Positions 11,754 to 23,868 of a stretch of 64,000 nucleotides of DNA are shown piece by piece. Made by a program: the position numbers and the translations under genes. The stretch comes from Basidiobolus meristosporus CBS 931.73 (taxonomy: Eukaryota > Fungi > Basidiobolomycota), in assembly GCA_002104905.1 (NCBI GenBank), contig MCFE01000441.1, positions 1 through 64,000 of the forward strand. The letters run 5' to 3'. Below the pieces are notes generated by a model. That model had not been told where the DNA came from. It made no database searches and worked only from the letters and a program-made list of their open reading frames with translations. Each line of letters opens with the position of its first letter. Positions within the stretch are counted from its first letter, which is position 1.

Positions 11754-14700
11754 ATGAACGAATTCTCCACGTTTGAGCGTTCCCTCTGCGATGCCTGCTT
11801 GCTTCTCATTTATTCGGAGAGTCGCGAACCGCTAGAGTTTCTTGATATTTGCGTGCAGTGTGCTCCAAAGATAGTACCAAAAAACGTCTGGCCCCCCTTG
11901 TTGAAAAATATTCAAGCTCCCACCGGAAAGCGGAAGAAAGCCGCGAAACCCATTTTTTCAAGAAGCGAGCTCGAGTCCGGGGTGTGTGACTGCTGTTCTA
12001 AAAACAGCTTGGTCCAGTTTATCGGGGAAATACCGCTTTGCCATGAATGTTCCACAACTTTCATAGCTAGCAGCGCTTCATTAAGGTCAGGGCGTCTACC
12101 TACCTTTGCGGAGACGAAGGATATAGTCGGTCGTAAAACTGCTTCCTCAAAGACTATCTGCTATTTCCCCGAGTCTTCTGACACAGACACTGACGAGCAA
12201 TTATATGAAGAGTGCCTGGAATATAATTATTCGAGGCTATTCAGGGATATTGCTCAGGAATACCTCGAAGAAAACGGTCGAGATTTTGAGGACTGTTTGA
12301 TGGCTTGCGGGCTGCTTCCTGTCGTATTCAAAAGTGATAAGGTGAAGGATGAAGTGGCAGAGACAAGCCTTAACCATGACGATATATTGCCTTCCGATGC
12401 GTATCTTGATAAATCGGGATCACCATCAATTCCCGAGCATTCAGATCTGGCGGTTGGTTCTCAGTGTACAGCAATGGCGACTACCACCGATGAGCTAACT
12501 GTTGAAGAAAATTGTCCAGAGGAGACCGATCCGCGTTCTCCCATGAATGTTGCGGAGAATAGACCAGAAAACGATAGTGAGAGTTACCTGGATGACGGAT
12601 TGGTAAACTTTGTGAAGATAGAAGAGGGCGCACCAAGTTTTGAGGGGCAAATTCAAAGTGAGGCCTTCATAGATTCAGAAGAGTTGCCTGCCATAGCGAA
12701 ACCGAGCACTCCCTCTTTGCAAGATAATCACGAGCATACTTATGTCGGTGCTGTGGATATATCTGAGCTTCCTGAAGGCGTAATCTCAGTGGAACCAGGG
12801 CCAATTCCAACAGAGCCTGCGGTACCTTTGAAAGTAGAGAGTCCCAGACCTTTAGCATTGGAGCCAGCCGATCTCCATTGTAATTCATGGACACAATGTG
12901 ATGCAACGGATACTGAGAATAAACCATTCCACACTACACCCTCAACTAGTGTTCAAGTAACCCCGCGAAAACGAGGCAGGCCGAGGAAACATCCGATCAT
13001 CGAGCAAAACACACCTCTTACCACCGGGGTATCAACAAAAACTGCCGATTCTGTGAGTGGCAACAAGGAACCACTAGACAACGATTCAACACTACCCACT
13101 CCACGAAAAAGAGGGAGGCCAAGAAAATATCCCGTCGCGGAAAATCCTGTCCCTAAAAGACCACGAGGGAGACCAAGGAAGTATCCTTGCGGCGATAGTT
13201 CCAATCCACGCGTATCATTGGACATCACCGCAGGTGGCTCAGCAAAACAACCAGTGCCAAGAGAGCGTCCACAGGTGGCATCAGCTCAACATCCCCTTCC
13301 AAGTTCTCAAAGCAAGGCCACAGCTAGTTGTTTCTTGACAAGAGGAACAACCAGCAAAATATCGAAACTGGTTGAGAATGAGCTCGACGTGCATCGTTTC
13401 GAGAAACATCGCAGGGTCAAAGTGCTATACAATGACGGCATCTGGTATATCGGTAGAATGATGGAAATAAGCCATGGTAAAATCCGCATACATTACGATG
13501 ACTGGGATGAAACTCATGATGAATGGATCGACTCTCACAGCAAACGGATCTATATTTTTACTAGCGAAGAGGATGAAGGGCCTGTGAGCCGCAGACAAAA
13601 GCGATTGGCAATCCAGAGTGTGGTCAAGCTTGAAGACATGAATGAGCTGGCTTCCCTGGTAAAGCAGGAGCCCATCATTCCAGAAATTCGTAACTACGAA
13701 TCAACCGGCGCAGATCAAGGGATAGTCGAATATATTGAGGAAAGAACTAGAGAGAGATCAACCATCTCTGTCTCCGCGTCCAGTGTTGATGAGTCGTCTC
13801 CTCTTCCCGAAGAGCAGCTTGAGGAAGCAAGTGAAAAATACAATGCACCAGGCTCAATAATGCTATACGAGGAGCACAGATCGATCAGTCAAGACATAAA
13901 TGAGCCAAACTTCATAGACGCGTGGAGAGACTCTGCGGTAAGCGAACAGGATATGTCGAAGCAGAAAGTCCCGGGAATCGCCGATCTTTCTCGTGGGTAC
14001 AACCTCCGGAGCTCAATGAACCTGGATACAGAATCGACTGTAGATAGCCCAGAGAGCGCTACCGCAAAAGAGTCCAAAAAACGCCGTACCTCTCACAATA
14101 TATTTAAGGACCGGTTCAAAGTTGGATCAACTCTTGAGGTCAGAGATCGTCTGAAGGAATGGTGTACTGGGGTGGTTATGGCAATCAAAGGATACCGTGT
14201 ACTGATCCATTACGAAGGTTGGCCAAGCACACACGATGAGTGGATTGAAATAAACAGCAAACGTTTGAAGCCCAACACTGTGATCGAGAAACAGGAGAAA
14301 TTCGAGGAGAAGGAGTTGGATCGCTTGGTTGAGGAGCAAATTGCCGACATCGAAAAGAGGGTAATTATCCGAAGGAAGAAACCAGATCAGAAAGAGGAGC
14401 CTGTTCTGATGGCTGAATATTTCGACGAATCAAACATCGTTGAGGGAGTTGGTGAGTACCCATTGGTATGGCATACTTGGTTACATTATTGAGCATTATC
14501 ATTAGAAAGCGAGAAATGGAAGGTCTACTGCAACCAGTGCAAGGTAGTAATCAAACAGATAAGGTAATGCCCAGATCTAGTTGACCTCTGTCCAGACTCT
14601 GATTAACCCTCCTACTAGATATTACTGCACCTACTGCGAAAATCCATCCGAAGGTTACGACTACGAAAGCTTTGACCTATGTTTATGGTAAATAGTGAGG

Positions 14701-17700
14701 TTGACTCCCTCCCCCGTAGGCCATTGACCAATTTTCTGCATAGGTGCTTTTCACGAAAATTCCCAAGGAAACACCAACACCCGCGCTCCTCGTTCGCTGT
14801 GGAATACATCATGGAAGATGCCAACATCGAGCTGGCTCCCATCATCGGGGAGCTGGTAACGAAGTACGAAAAGGATATCTTTGATGAAAGCTACACGGAG
14901 ATAGATGGGAAACCCTACATGCAAGCAGTCTGTTGTGAGGAAGATAGGAGTCATATTTCCTTATTGAAATGGAAAAAACGAAAGATCTGCGCCTTCTGTA
15001 ACGACGAAGACCCAAACATACTGGGGGGTTTCATTGGCCCTAAACCTTTTGTATACATCAAGGTAACCAACGAGGGAAACAAGAAGAGAAAGAGCTTCTG
15101 GACCCATGATGCGTGTGCTCGATATTCACCTGAGGTGGTTCAGACCAAAGAAGGGGATTGGTATAATGTCAGCATGGCATTAAACAGAGGAAGAAAGATG
15201 GTTCGTACGGAATTGTAACCAAGTGCTACACTGAACGGCTTTCTAACAGGCTCAATAGAGGTGTGCAGTTTGCAAAGAGAAAGGAGCCACCATCGGGTGT
15301 TTCGAAGCCAAATGTCCAAAGAGCTATCATATTCTGTGTACCAAAAAGCCCATGCCACACTTCGAAAAAGGGGTGATATTCTGGTGCCCTCAGCACGAGT
15401 CAATAAGAAGCAAAAAAGGTAATAAGTAATGAACGTCCTAAACCACTGCGTCACCCTCTTAAACGCTGCCTACTTGCTAGAAAAATACAACGACGTATTC
15501 AGCTGCGATGTATGTAATCGAAGCTTTCAAGATGACAGCTGGTTCACATGCATTCCTTGCAGTGACGACTACTTTTCATCCTACGATCTGTGTACCGAGG
15601 TAATTGACTTTGTCGGAGCGCATGAAGGAATATCTGTTAAGGCATTTGTAGTGTTATGAACAAGGTTTTCCCCAATCACACCCGCATCTACCGGTAGATT
15701 TCAAGAAAACTTGTAAGGAGATCAACAACTTGTCGTCACACTGTAGGCTAATCATATCCTTCTAGGCTTGAACGACATACTCGAGGCCCAGGCCATTGAG
15801 GATATCACGAAAGGAAAGAATGAGAAATCATGTTTGTACCTTACAGTTGGAGAAGCTTTATCCAACCATTCGCCTAACATCCTGTCCATAGCACGGAAAA
15901 AGAACTTCACTCCCAAGCACTTGCGTCGCGGGGATAAGATATGCTCCTATTGTTCATCTACAACTTCATCCGTTTGGAGAAAGGGTTCGATTTGGTTTTA
16001 TTCTCATTGTGCTCTACGTTTCTGGGACTCAACTCAGTTTCCGGATAGGCTTTAACGGGGTGCTGATGTGCGGAAATTGCTTTCAATTATCCCATGTACA
16101 GAACAACCATATTAAATCCGAAGCCGGGGCTATCTCTGTGGAAGAATACACCAGCCAGCTGTGCAACTACGAGGAGTGCGTTGATGACTACACTCACAAT
16201 CCATATTTAACCAGAATCGCTTGTACGGATACTCTTTTCGACAACAACATCAAAACCCTATACTTGGATAGTTACGCTCCAACTGAATGCCATCTGTTCT
16301 CCCTCACCATCGATAGCACCTACTACGATGTCCCCGGAAGAGCACCAAGATGTAAACGAGTCTTCATACTTTCACTCAGGTAGCCACTAACGCTCGACAC
16401 CTGTAGGGGCTACTCACTCTGGCACGGATTATCATGGTTGGTGGTATTGATTTCGGTTGCTTGGTATCTGTATGTAATTAACCTGGATTCCAGGAACCTG
16501 GTTGCCTCAGAGCGTCAGAAGGTAGTCTACGCAATCCCTTTCTCATGCCATAGGACAGACTGTAACGTCAGCAGAGCATTGCAGAAGTACACGCGGCCCA
16601 ATGAACGGATTCTATCGAACTTTCTTGGACGAGGTACTGGGCCACAACATTAAATATTTGGAGAGGTTATCAGGCTTAACAAGAAATTAGGGACCGACGC
16701 CATCGAGAGTTTTTTACTCGCAAGAAAGTATGCTACCATAAACTTATCGTCATTCGCTGGCCTGAGCTAACATTAGATACGTGGTAGATGCATCGGACTA
16801 GATATCAATCCAGTAAGTGGACATGTTGTTCTGGTGCTGCGCTGCCGATACTCAATGATTTCTAGGCTGCCGTAGCACTCTCAAGAAGAAATTGCTCGTT
16901 CGCCATTCCTCCCGATCTTGGGATCACCGCCGAGCATCGACCCACTGTTATGCAGGGCGACTCCCGATATCTAGTTGGGCCGCTCTTTGAAGATGAGTCG
17001 TTTGATCACGTGCTTTCCCACCCACCATATAAAGATTGTGTAGCATATTCTACTCACATAGAGGGGGACTTGTCTAGGTTCGCCTATTCTGAAGATTTCT
17101 TGATAGAATACAGCAAAGTCGTGGATGAGACTTGGAGGTGAGCACTGAGTGACCTGATTGTGCCAGCATACTCAACCTCGTTCAACAGGGTCCTAAAGAT
17201 GGGTCGTCGCTGTACTTTGGGAATAGGCGACAACAGAGAGCATTGCTTCTACATTCCAGTAGGATTTCGAATGATAAGCAAGTACATTGAGCGTGGCTTT
17301 GAATTGGAAGAATTGGTAACCGTACGACAAAAAGTTCCTCTTATCTCTCTTCACTGAAGCATGATCTGTTAGATTGTCAAACGACAACGATATTGTTCCG
17401 CTTTTGGGTTAGGCACCTATCTCTGCGTCCAGTATGATTTCCTGATATTTACCCATGAGTTTTTGGTAACCTTACGGAAAATAGACCCTGAGAAAGTGCA
17501 CACGCCAGCTGCATCAGGTTTAAGACGAGTTGGTGTATCCGTTTCGTGAGTGGTGGCTAATACTCATACTCTTAGATGATCAGGATGGTATTCATGAGAT
17601 GACCATCACTGAGACTGTTCGTGGCATCCCATATTGCCCCATTGCTAGGAAAAGTGTGGTGATGGGGACAGTTTGGACATTTAAGCCATCAGCCGAGTTC

Positions 17701-18640
17701 TCATTTGTATCACTCTGTACATCCAGGATGGTAGAGAGGTTCGGAAAAAATGGGTACAACTGGGAAGAAATCCGGATTGAGTTTGCCAAACAAAACGTGA
17801 TCCCCCTTTGTTCCTGAGAATTGTCTTTAAGCATCCTAACAAGAATGTGATCTAGGACCGCCTTCAAGAGAGTCGCATGGTGGAGACACAGAATGGTATT
17901 ACCATATCGCGTCTTTTGTACAATCTCTTGACTAACCCAATCTTTTCAGAAATCTACTCGGAAATGGAAATGTCTCCCTACGAGAGGAGTCGTCTACGAA
18001 GGATCCAGGAGAACAACCAGAAGTTGCTGGCCTTGGTAAGCCTTGCTAGTCCTTACCGCATTGTCTACGCTTCTCATTCAAAAGCCGATATTTAGGGGGT
18101 TATTTCGGACTTAAGTGAAGAATCTGATGACATTTCACACTGCGAAAAGTTACAAAATCTTGAACCTCACCCTCCGCCTGCGCCCTTACTTCTGGTTGTT
18201 ATTCCTCACATACCTAGTACGGTGATCCTTGAAAGCCAGCTATCGGAGTATCGAGCAACCATCCTGAGATGTGCTAAACAAGCGGTAGAAAAACTCCCAC
18301 CATACGGCGATTTGATTGTGGGGGCTCAAGATGTCCGCTTAGAACAAGACCGGCTGTATCCATTGGGAATCCGCATCATGGAAGATATTACAAACAACGT
18401 CCCGGAATTTCGCCTGAAGGAGCTTATCGTGACGGTTCCGGACGGATACGCCAAAGATCGTCGTAAACAATGCAATTGGGAGGAATTCGAAGATCAGAAA
18501 TGCGCCTTGGAAGAGGCAGTGGAACATGTACCAATAGTTCATGTAAGTGCATTCAATTGGAATCTATGAAGCATTGTGCTAAATCGCTGGTTGAATAGGC
18601 ATATTATTTAGTGTTTATGAAAAGACCCGATATAAGTTGA
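11754..18640 (+). CDS. Large multi-exon chromatin-reader DNA amino-methyltransferase: Cys-rich N-terminus, 3 AT-hooks, 2 Tudor/chromo-barrel, ZZ, extended PHD, ZZ, GATA finger, N6/N4-MTase, KRI-like helix, degenerate second MTase
   Basis: RGRP hooks at ~12970, 13110 and 13165; ...IHYDDWDETHDEWI and IHYEGWPSTHDEWI barrels; CNQC..CTYC..DLCLWC; HDACA...CAVC..GATIGC..C..SYH..C; CSYCSSTTSSVWRKG..MCGNC. MTase motif I NFLGRG (~16618) and motif IV VLSHPPY (~17010). YERSRLRRIQENNQKLL at ~17980. Exons join in frame via GT-AG introns read by eye. Confidence 0.85.
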
Positions 18641-18832
18641 ATTAAGTAAATAAAAGCCAATAAATATTGTCACCATTGAAAATTTTCCACCAATAAACGG
18701 AGAATTTCTTTCTGGGGTACCCTGAAGAGGTTTCTAATAAAATTGGCCGGAACACCCGGAGTTGCACACTACCCTATCCTCTAATGAACTAGACATCTAG
18801 GTAAGCCTTCGAGCAATGTTTCTTATTTCCAC

Positions 18833-18920
18833 TTTACATGATGCTTAAGAATCGCTACACTGAAACTGACCTGGTCAGTCATGTTGAGTCGCCCTTGTGG
18901 CACTTTTTTCCCTGATACTT
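18833..18920 (+). ncRNA. Box C/D snoRNA copy 1 (snR50-like guide)
   Basis: C box ATGATGC 18838-18844, guide AGAATCGCTAC 18848-18858, D' CTGA 18860, stem ACTGAC/GTCAGT, C' ATGTTGA 18881, D CTGA 18912. Confidence 0.7.
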
Positions 18921-19041
18921 CTCATTTATTTCCAAATGACAGCATTCATCTGGCCAAATCTAACAGCAATTTCTGGATTAGGTACCGTAAGTCATCTGGA
19001 GTAATGTATATACTATGGTAGGTAACAGTCGTGTACTTGTG

Positions 19042-19147
19042 GAGTCGCTGATGATGGTATAAGAATCGCTACACTGAAGTGCATCGATCTGCTTTGTTGG
19101 ATCGATCCGATGTAGATATTGGCTTTGCCAAAACACTGAGGCGACTC
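19042..19147 (+). ncRNA. Box C/D snoRNA copy 2 (snR50-like guide)
   Basis: Perfect 7-bp terminal stem GAGTCGC (19042)/GCGACTC (19141), C box TGATGA 19049-19054, guide AGAATCGCTAC 19062-19072, D' CTGA 19074, internal stem ATCGATC/GATCGAT, D CTGA 19136. Confidence 0.85.
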
Positions 19148-19254
19148 GTTCTTCATTTCAAGAATCCCATTTCTAACAGTTGAACAACTTCTAGATGAGG
19201 CCGATTGTAAATACGTTAAATAAATAAAACCGCCAATTTCTAAAAATTCCCTGT

Positions 19255-21022
19255 TCAGTTCCATATCTTTATTCTACCATCCCAACCACAACTAGCCACG
19301 ATATCACCTCGAAGCGGGTGCCAAACCACATCAATGGCTGCTTCACGATGGGCATTCTTGATGATTTTGAGAGGTCTCGAAGTGCTCCAATCGTAAAAGT
19401 AAAGTGAACCGTCGGCCGATCCTGTTGCGACATATTTTCCCTTTAGGGAGAAGTTGCACTGAATATGATATCCCGACACCTGGTGCCCCTCAAAGCGCTA
19501 AGAAGGTCCGTTATATATGGAATCCAGCAAATTCTCCGCCTAATTTCATACCTTACGCTGATTCATCTTCCATGGCTTTTCCATGTTGAAGATGGCGATG
19601 TAATTTCCATTGGTTTGCGCAACAAAGCAGTGTTGATTCGGGTGGATGCTCAGGCACGTGCAGGAAAATCCCTCCTGGTATATTTGATTAGAGTGAACGG
19701 TCCCCTTGGAAGTATGTGTCAGTCAAGACTCCAACCTCGTGAAATACCCTTGGTAGATGACTTACCGAATCGTAATCCCAAACAACGATTGATTTATCTG
19801 AGGCGTTGCGCAAGACAAAATCCGAGCAAGTCATGAAAAACTTGGAATCGGGCAGAAACTGCAGATCTTGCACTTGGCCAAAGAATCGCGAATACGTTCG
19901 AACAATCCTAGAAACCACACGGTGAATACGTTTCCACATGACCTCGATACATATCCTTGTCCTTACTGGTTACTACGAATATCCCAGGCCAGGAGTCCCC
20001 CTTTAAACATCCCCGACAAGAAGACGTTCGGATCAGTGGCGTGAAATCTCGTCGTGGCTATGTATTCTGGGTGATCGTAGGTCTACAAGTTCGGTTATTC
20101 GAAAAGATCTAGGATTCGAATGGTCTGAAGAAGCGCGCTGTAGACTCACTTGAGTTACTGTTCCAGTTGATATATCGGAAAGGGTAACTTTTTTATCAAA
20201 TCCACCGGAAATTAATCGATGTCCATCATGGTTCCAATGGCAGTCCTTGACTCCTCCTTGTTGGTTTGAACATTTTCAGGAATAGAGTCTTTAGTGGCTA
20301 TGCTGAACAACTGTTGTAAATACGCACCCGTATGGTTAATGGAACAAAGTGCTGATTTTTCGCGGAACGCGTCGTATATCTTAACACTTCCATCCATGGA
20401 AGCTGACGCGAGCAAGTGAGCTAAAATCAGTGAGAAGAGTTGAAAACTCTGTGTAAATCCAATTACGCATCGAGAGTCGGATTAAAAAAAACATACCGTA
20501 TTGCTCATTCCAACGCAACACGTTTATCCCTTTCGTATGATCATCGAATTGAAGTATAGTTCGAGAGGGTATTCGCTCAGCAGAAGAGTTGGAATGTAGT
20601 TCTTCCGGCAGTTCGAGTATCCTTTTGGAAGTAAACATTTCTGCCGAGATGAAGTCAATTCAACCACTGATTCCATCGTTGGAGTGAGAATCTTAGAATA
20701 AGCTACCACTAACTAGCATCTCTATCCTAGTGCTCTGCCTTGCGCTACCCTCGTCAGCGGAGGATTGCCTTTTCCTTTTGGAAACATAAGGTCTGCTAGC
20801 TTTGAGATTACATTTCAACCGTTTCACAGGAAAATTTTCACCGGTTACATGCTGCAAGTTGACAGCCAAGAATAGATTAGAACAAAATCCCGATTGTCAC
20901 TAAGCTACCAAGAGGAAAGTTACATCCGTAGCCTTCTCTAGTTTCGGGGGAATATTTGGCTCGATCTCTACTTCGTCAACCGTTTCTGAATCACTGGAGG
21001 AATACACAACGAGTGAATCCAT
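19255..21022 (-). CDS. WD40-repeat protein, WDR25/Prp17(CDC40)-like, multi-exon
   Basis: MDSLVVYSSSDSE start; HTKGINVLRWN, LASASMDGSVKI, GQVQDLQFL, DKSIVVWD, SGYHIQCNFS...VATGSADGSLYFYDW, DVVWHP..VASCGWDGRIKIWN. Confidence 0.85.
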
Positions 21023-22492
21023 CAAATACTGGATGTATGTGTGGGGATATAGAGTCGGGGGAATATCAATATGCTCAAGGTAAGCGAGAGTTAGAATTCC
21101 ACAATGATATATTCCGAAATAGGAGTTCAGTTGCAGAAAAAAGTGACAAGTATCCACGGGATATTCAAGTTCATTCAATCAGAGTGTATCTTGGGAAAGA
21201 ACATCAAGCAATGGATAAAAATAAGGATAAAAATGTGAATTCCATCTCATCTGATCACCTAACCACAAACATGTCCAATTGCTAACACAAGTCGACAATT
21301 TGAGGCGAAATAGACTCCTAATCAGTGGTTTACCCCTAGTGCTAGCTTTCCCTATTATTACTTGTTTTGATGTTTAAGAAACGATCATCTTTAGTCAGCA
21401 TCCCCCACTCCCCAGTTCAAGATCACTTGCATGCTGGTTTGTTTGGTTGGGTTTGAATACAGCGGCAATGGTTCTATTGGTGAGCTTAAAGAAGTGGACT
21501 ATATGGAGTCAGCCTTAGTTTTACTACAATCTCGATACTTCAAATAAAAGGATTAAAATTAACTCTGCCTCTGTCAGCCATGGTGATGAAGGCCAGAAAT
21601 ATGAACAAATTGGATTGGTACGCTCAGGAGAAGCAATAAAATTCCAAATTCGAAAATTTGATACTGTGCGAATGGTGTTTGTTATCAGCGTGCTCCATCC
21701 GTGAGATTTCTTGTTTGCGTAGCCTCGCCACATGTTCCCGTGTTTAAGGGGATCGGTTCAGCGACAACCACTACAAGACATGAGCAAAGGGATATTAATT
21801 TGTTATGGTATACAGTTCAACTGATCGAGTGATTCTGTATCAAGGAGACTTTACAGCCACTGTTGACTTTGAGAAGCGATGTAGCTAGCCTGAATCCAAA
21901 CAACCTCTTGCTAACCTATGAATGATTGGTTGGGTTCTGGAGTAATTAAACATAGAATTTTCTTTACAAATAAGATTCCGCTACCGAATGGCCGAATCTA
22001 GAGCACATTTTTATATAGACAGGCAGTCCAAGGGAGAAGTGGAAAGTTTAAGGGTCGTGGATACCAAAAGTGGCGCATCTCATTAGTTATAGCAAATGGA
22101 GTCAAGTTGAAATCCAAAAGAGCTAAATCTACGAGAGTTCTAGAGAAGCAGCGTTCTACTGAATCTAGACTGGTATTAGGGAAAGTGCCATATCCACACG
22201 CTCAGTGCTGGAAATCGGTATTTTTACGCACAATTAATTTCACGTCGTGACTGGAACTATTTTTGTGACCATCATGATTCTACTCAAAATAGCCTAGTTT
22301 CAGATTTGATGAAATCATCGTCTCCTCAAATACTAAGTATTACCATAGCGATCATTTCTATTTGACGATTGGCCAAGTCGGCCAAGAAAAGTAACCTGTG
22401 TAGACATATAAATACCCTGCCTCTCCTCCGGGTAGTCCAAGTTTATCTATTCATCCTTGCCCTTGGTATTTGCCCTATCGATTCATCCACCC

Positions 22493-23439
22493 ATGGCAAG
22501 CTACGAAGTAGATTGGGTAGCTCCTTTGGCTGGTCCAATACATCCACCTAAGCACATCAGCCTTCCCCCGGCATGGCGGAAGCGTGAAGCAGTGAACCAT
22601 GGTCGTATGCGTAAATCCAAAAGCCAGTACCTCCCGGATGCACACATCCGTTGGTCCAAAGCCGGGGGGTTCAATGATGAGCCCGCCGCGCATCCGGAGA
22701 AAAGCAAAACCAACCGCTTTTCGACCATCATACAATCCATGGGCAGTAAGTACGCATGCAGCACTCGTGCTAGAAATTCATCTAATCTGGTTACTCCATA
22801 GATCTTCTGAAACGAAGCAGGAAGATGGACATCTCATCGCCCTTCAACTTTTTACATTGTGGCCATGCAGGCGTTGACCCAATCACGCAAGAGATTGTTG
22901 TAAGTGAAACTATACGGATGGTCAAATTTCACACTGACTAATTTGGTTGTCGCTACATAGGGATTGCCTACGAATTCATTAAACCTGGTTCCACTAGATC
23001 AAATCACAACCTCTTATCTTGACGATAAGCCACTCCCACCCACACCTGACGAAAGCGTGACGCCGAGGACGAGCACACCTACGCCAAAGTCTGGTGTACC
23101 GGTGTACGACAGAGCAAAGCTGAAGCGGAGCACAACATGCATCAATAGCCCTTCGATTCAAAGAGACTCTGGCGTTCGCTGGTCTCTCCAATCCAATCGC
23201 GATGAAAGGCAATTACGAAGAGCTTCCAGTCTTCGATCGAGCATGTATTCCCCCAGAAATCGCAAGGTACATTCCCATATTATCTCTGTACACTTCCCAC
23301 GCGCTAACTTGCTCCAAAGAATTTGGAAATCTCGTCCCCCTTTAATCCGATCCATGTCGCCCACATTTCGTTCACAAAGGAGGGAGCGTTGGTAGCTATG
23401 CCGCTGAACTGGAGACAGAGCCTAGCATACGAACTATGA
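22493..23439 (+). CDS. Small Cdc42/Rac effector-like protein with two CRIB/PBD motifs and no kinase domain (4 exons)
   Basis: Spliced: ...KMDISSPFNFLHCGHAGVDPITQEIV|GLP...DKPLPPTP...RNRK|NLEISSPFNPIHVAHISFTKEGALVAMPLNWRQSLAYEL*. Introns have GTAAGT/GTACAT donors and CTAAC/CTAAT branch sites. Confidence 0.75.
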
Positions 23440-23868
23440 TTTTTCTACTTTAACAACGTCATAGTAGACTATGTTGTGTAACCACTCAGAATGTAGATAT
23501 ATCCGTACGAGAATTGAATGAATCAAGTGATCCGATTTCAACATGTATAAATAAACCCAGTTTAACCAGTACGCAAGCAAATACTTGTCAATGGTCGATA
23601 TCGTCCTACTTTGGGATATGGTTGCTTTGAATGAATGGACTTTATATCCAGTGTGGGGCAAAGCAAGTTGGACAAAGCTTTTCATGCGCCTTGACATCAT
23701 TGCAGCCTTAACGGTCCATTAGACATGCCGGCAGGATATTCGATTCTGGATAGATTTATTAAGATCAGGAATGCCACGACCAATCCAGGGTTTCCGAGCT
23801 TTCAAGGTACCCAAGTGGTGGATCCTTCCATGGATGCGCTTGATGAGTAAATATGTATATATAAATAT

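Larger units (their letters stand above)
18780..19230 (+). ncRNA. Probable spliced non-coding snoRNA host transcript with two introns, each carrying a C/D snoRNA
   Basis: Donor GTAAGC 18801 and CTAACAG acceptor 18966; donor GTAAGT 18987 and CTAACAG acceptor 19179; 20-nt middle exon; AATAAA near 19220; no meaningful ORF. Outer ends are approximate. Confidence 0.65.

Noticed and set aside
15652-15715. Possible frameshift in the second ZZ exon of the methyltransferase gene
   Set aside because: It depends on the length of a short C run. Counting bases per line supports an open frame (FP-QSHPHLPVDFKKT), so it was my reading error, not a lesion.
18771-18780. ACCCTATCCT resembling the fission-yeast Homol-E box before the snoRNA host
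   Set aside because: One mismatch, only 20 nt before the first donor, and no Homol-D nearby.
18890-18911. snoRNA copy 1 D-side segment loosely complementary to LSU GAAAAGUUACCACAGGG
   Set aside because: It needs bulges and mismatches near D+5; cannot be supported without a computed search.
21430-21720. Coding-like fragments (GFEYSGNGSIGELKEVDY; HGDEGQKYEQIGLVRSGEAIKFQIRKF)
   Set aside because: Broken by stops and not assignable to any family I recognise.
22475-23700. Minus-strand ORFs superficially like MMACHC
   Set aside because: The plus strand gives a coherent spliced double-CRIB gene; the minus ORFs are shadows.
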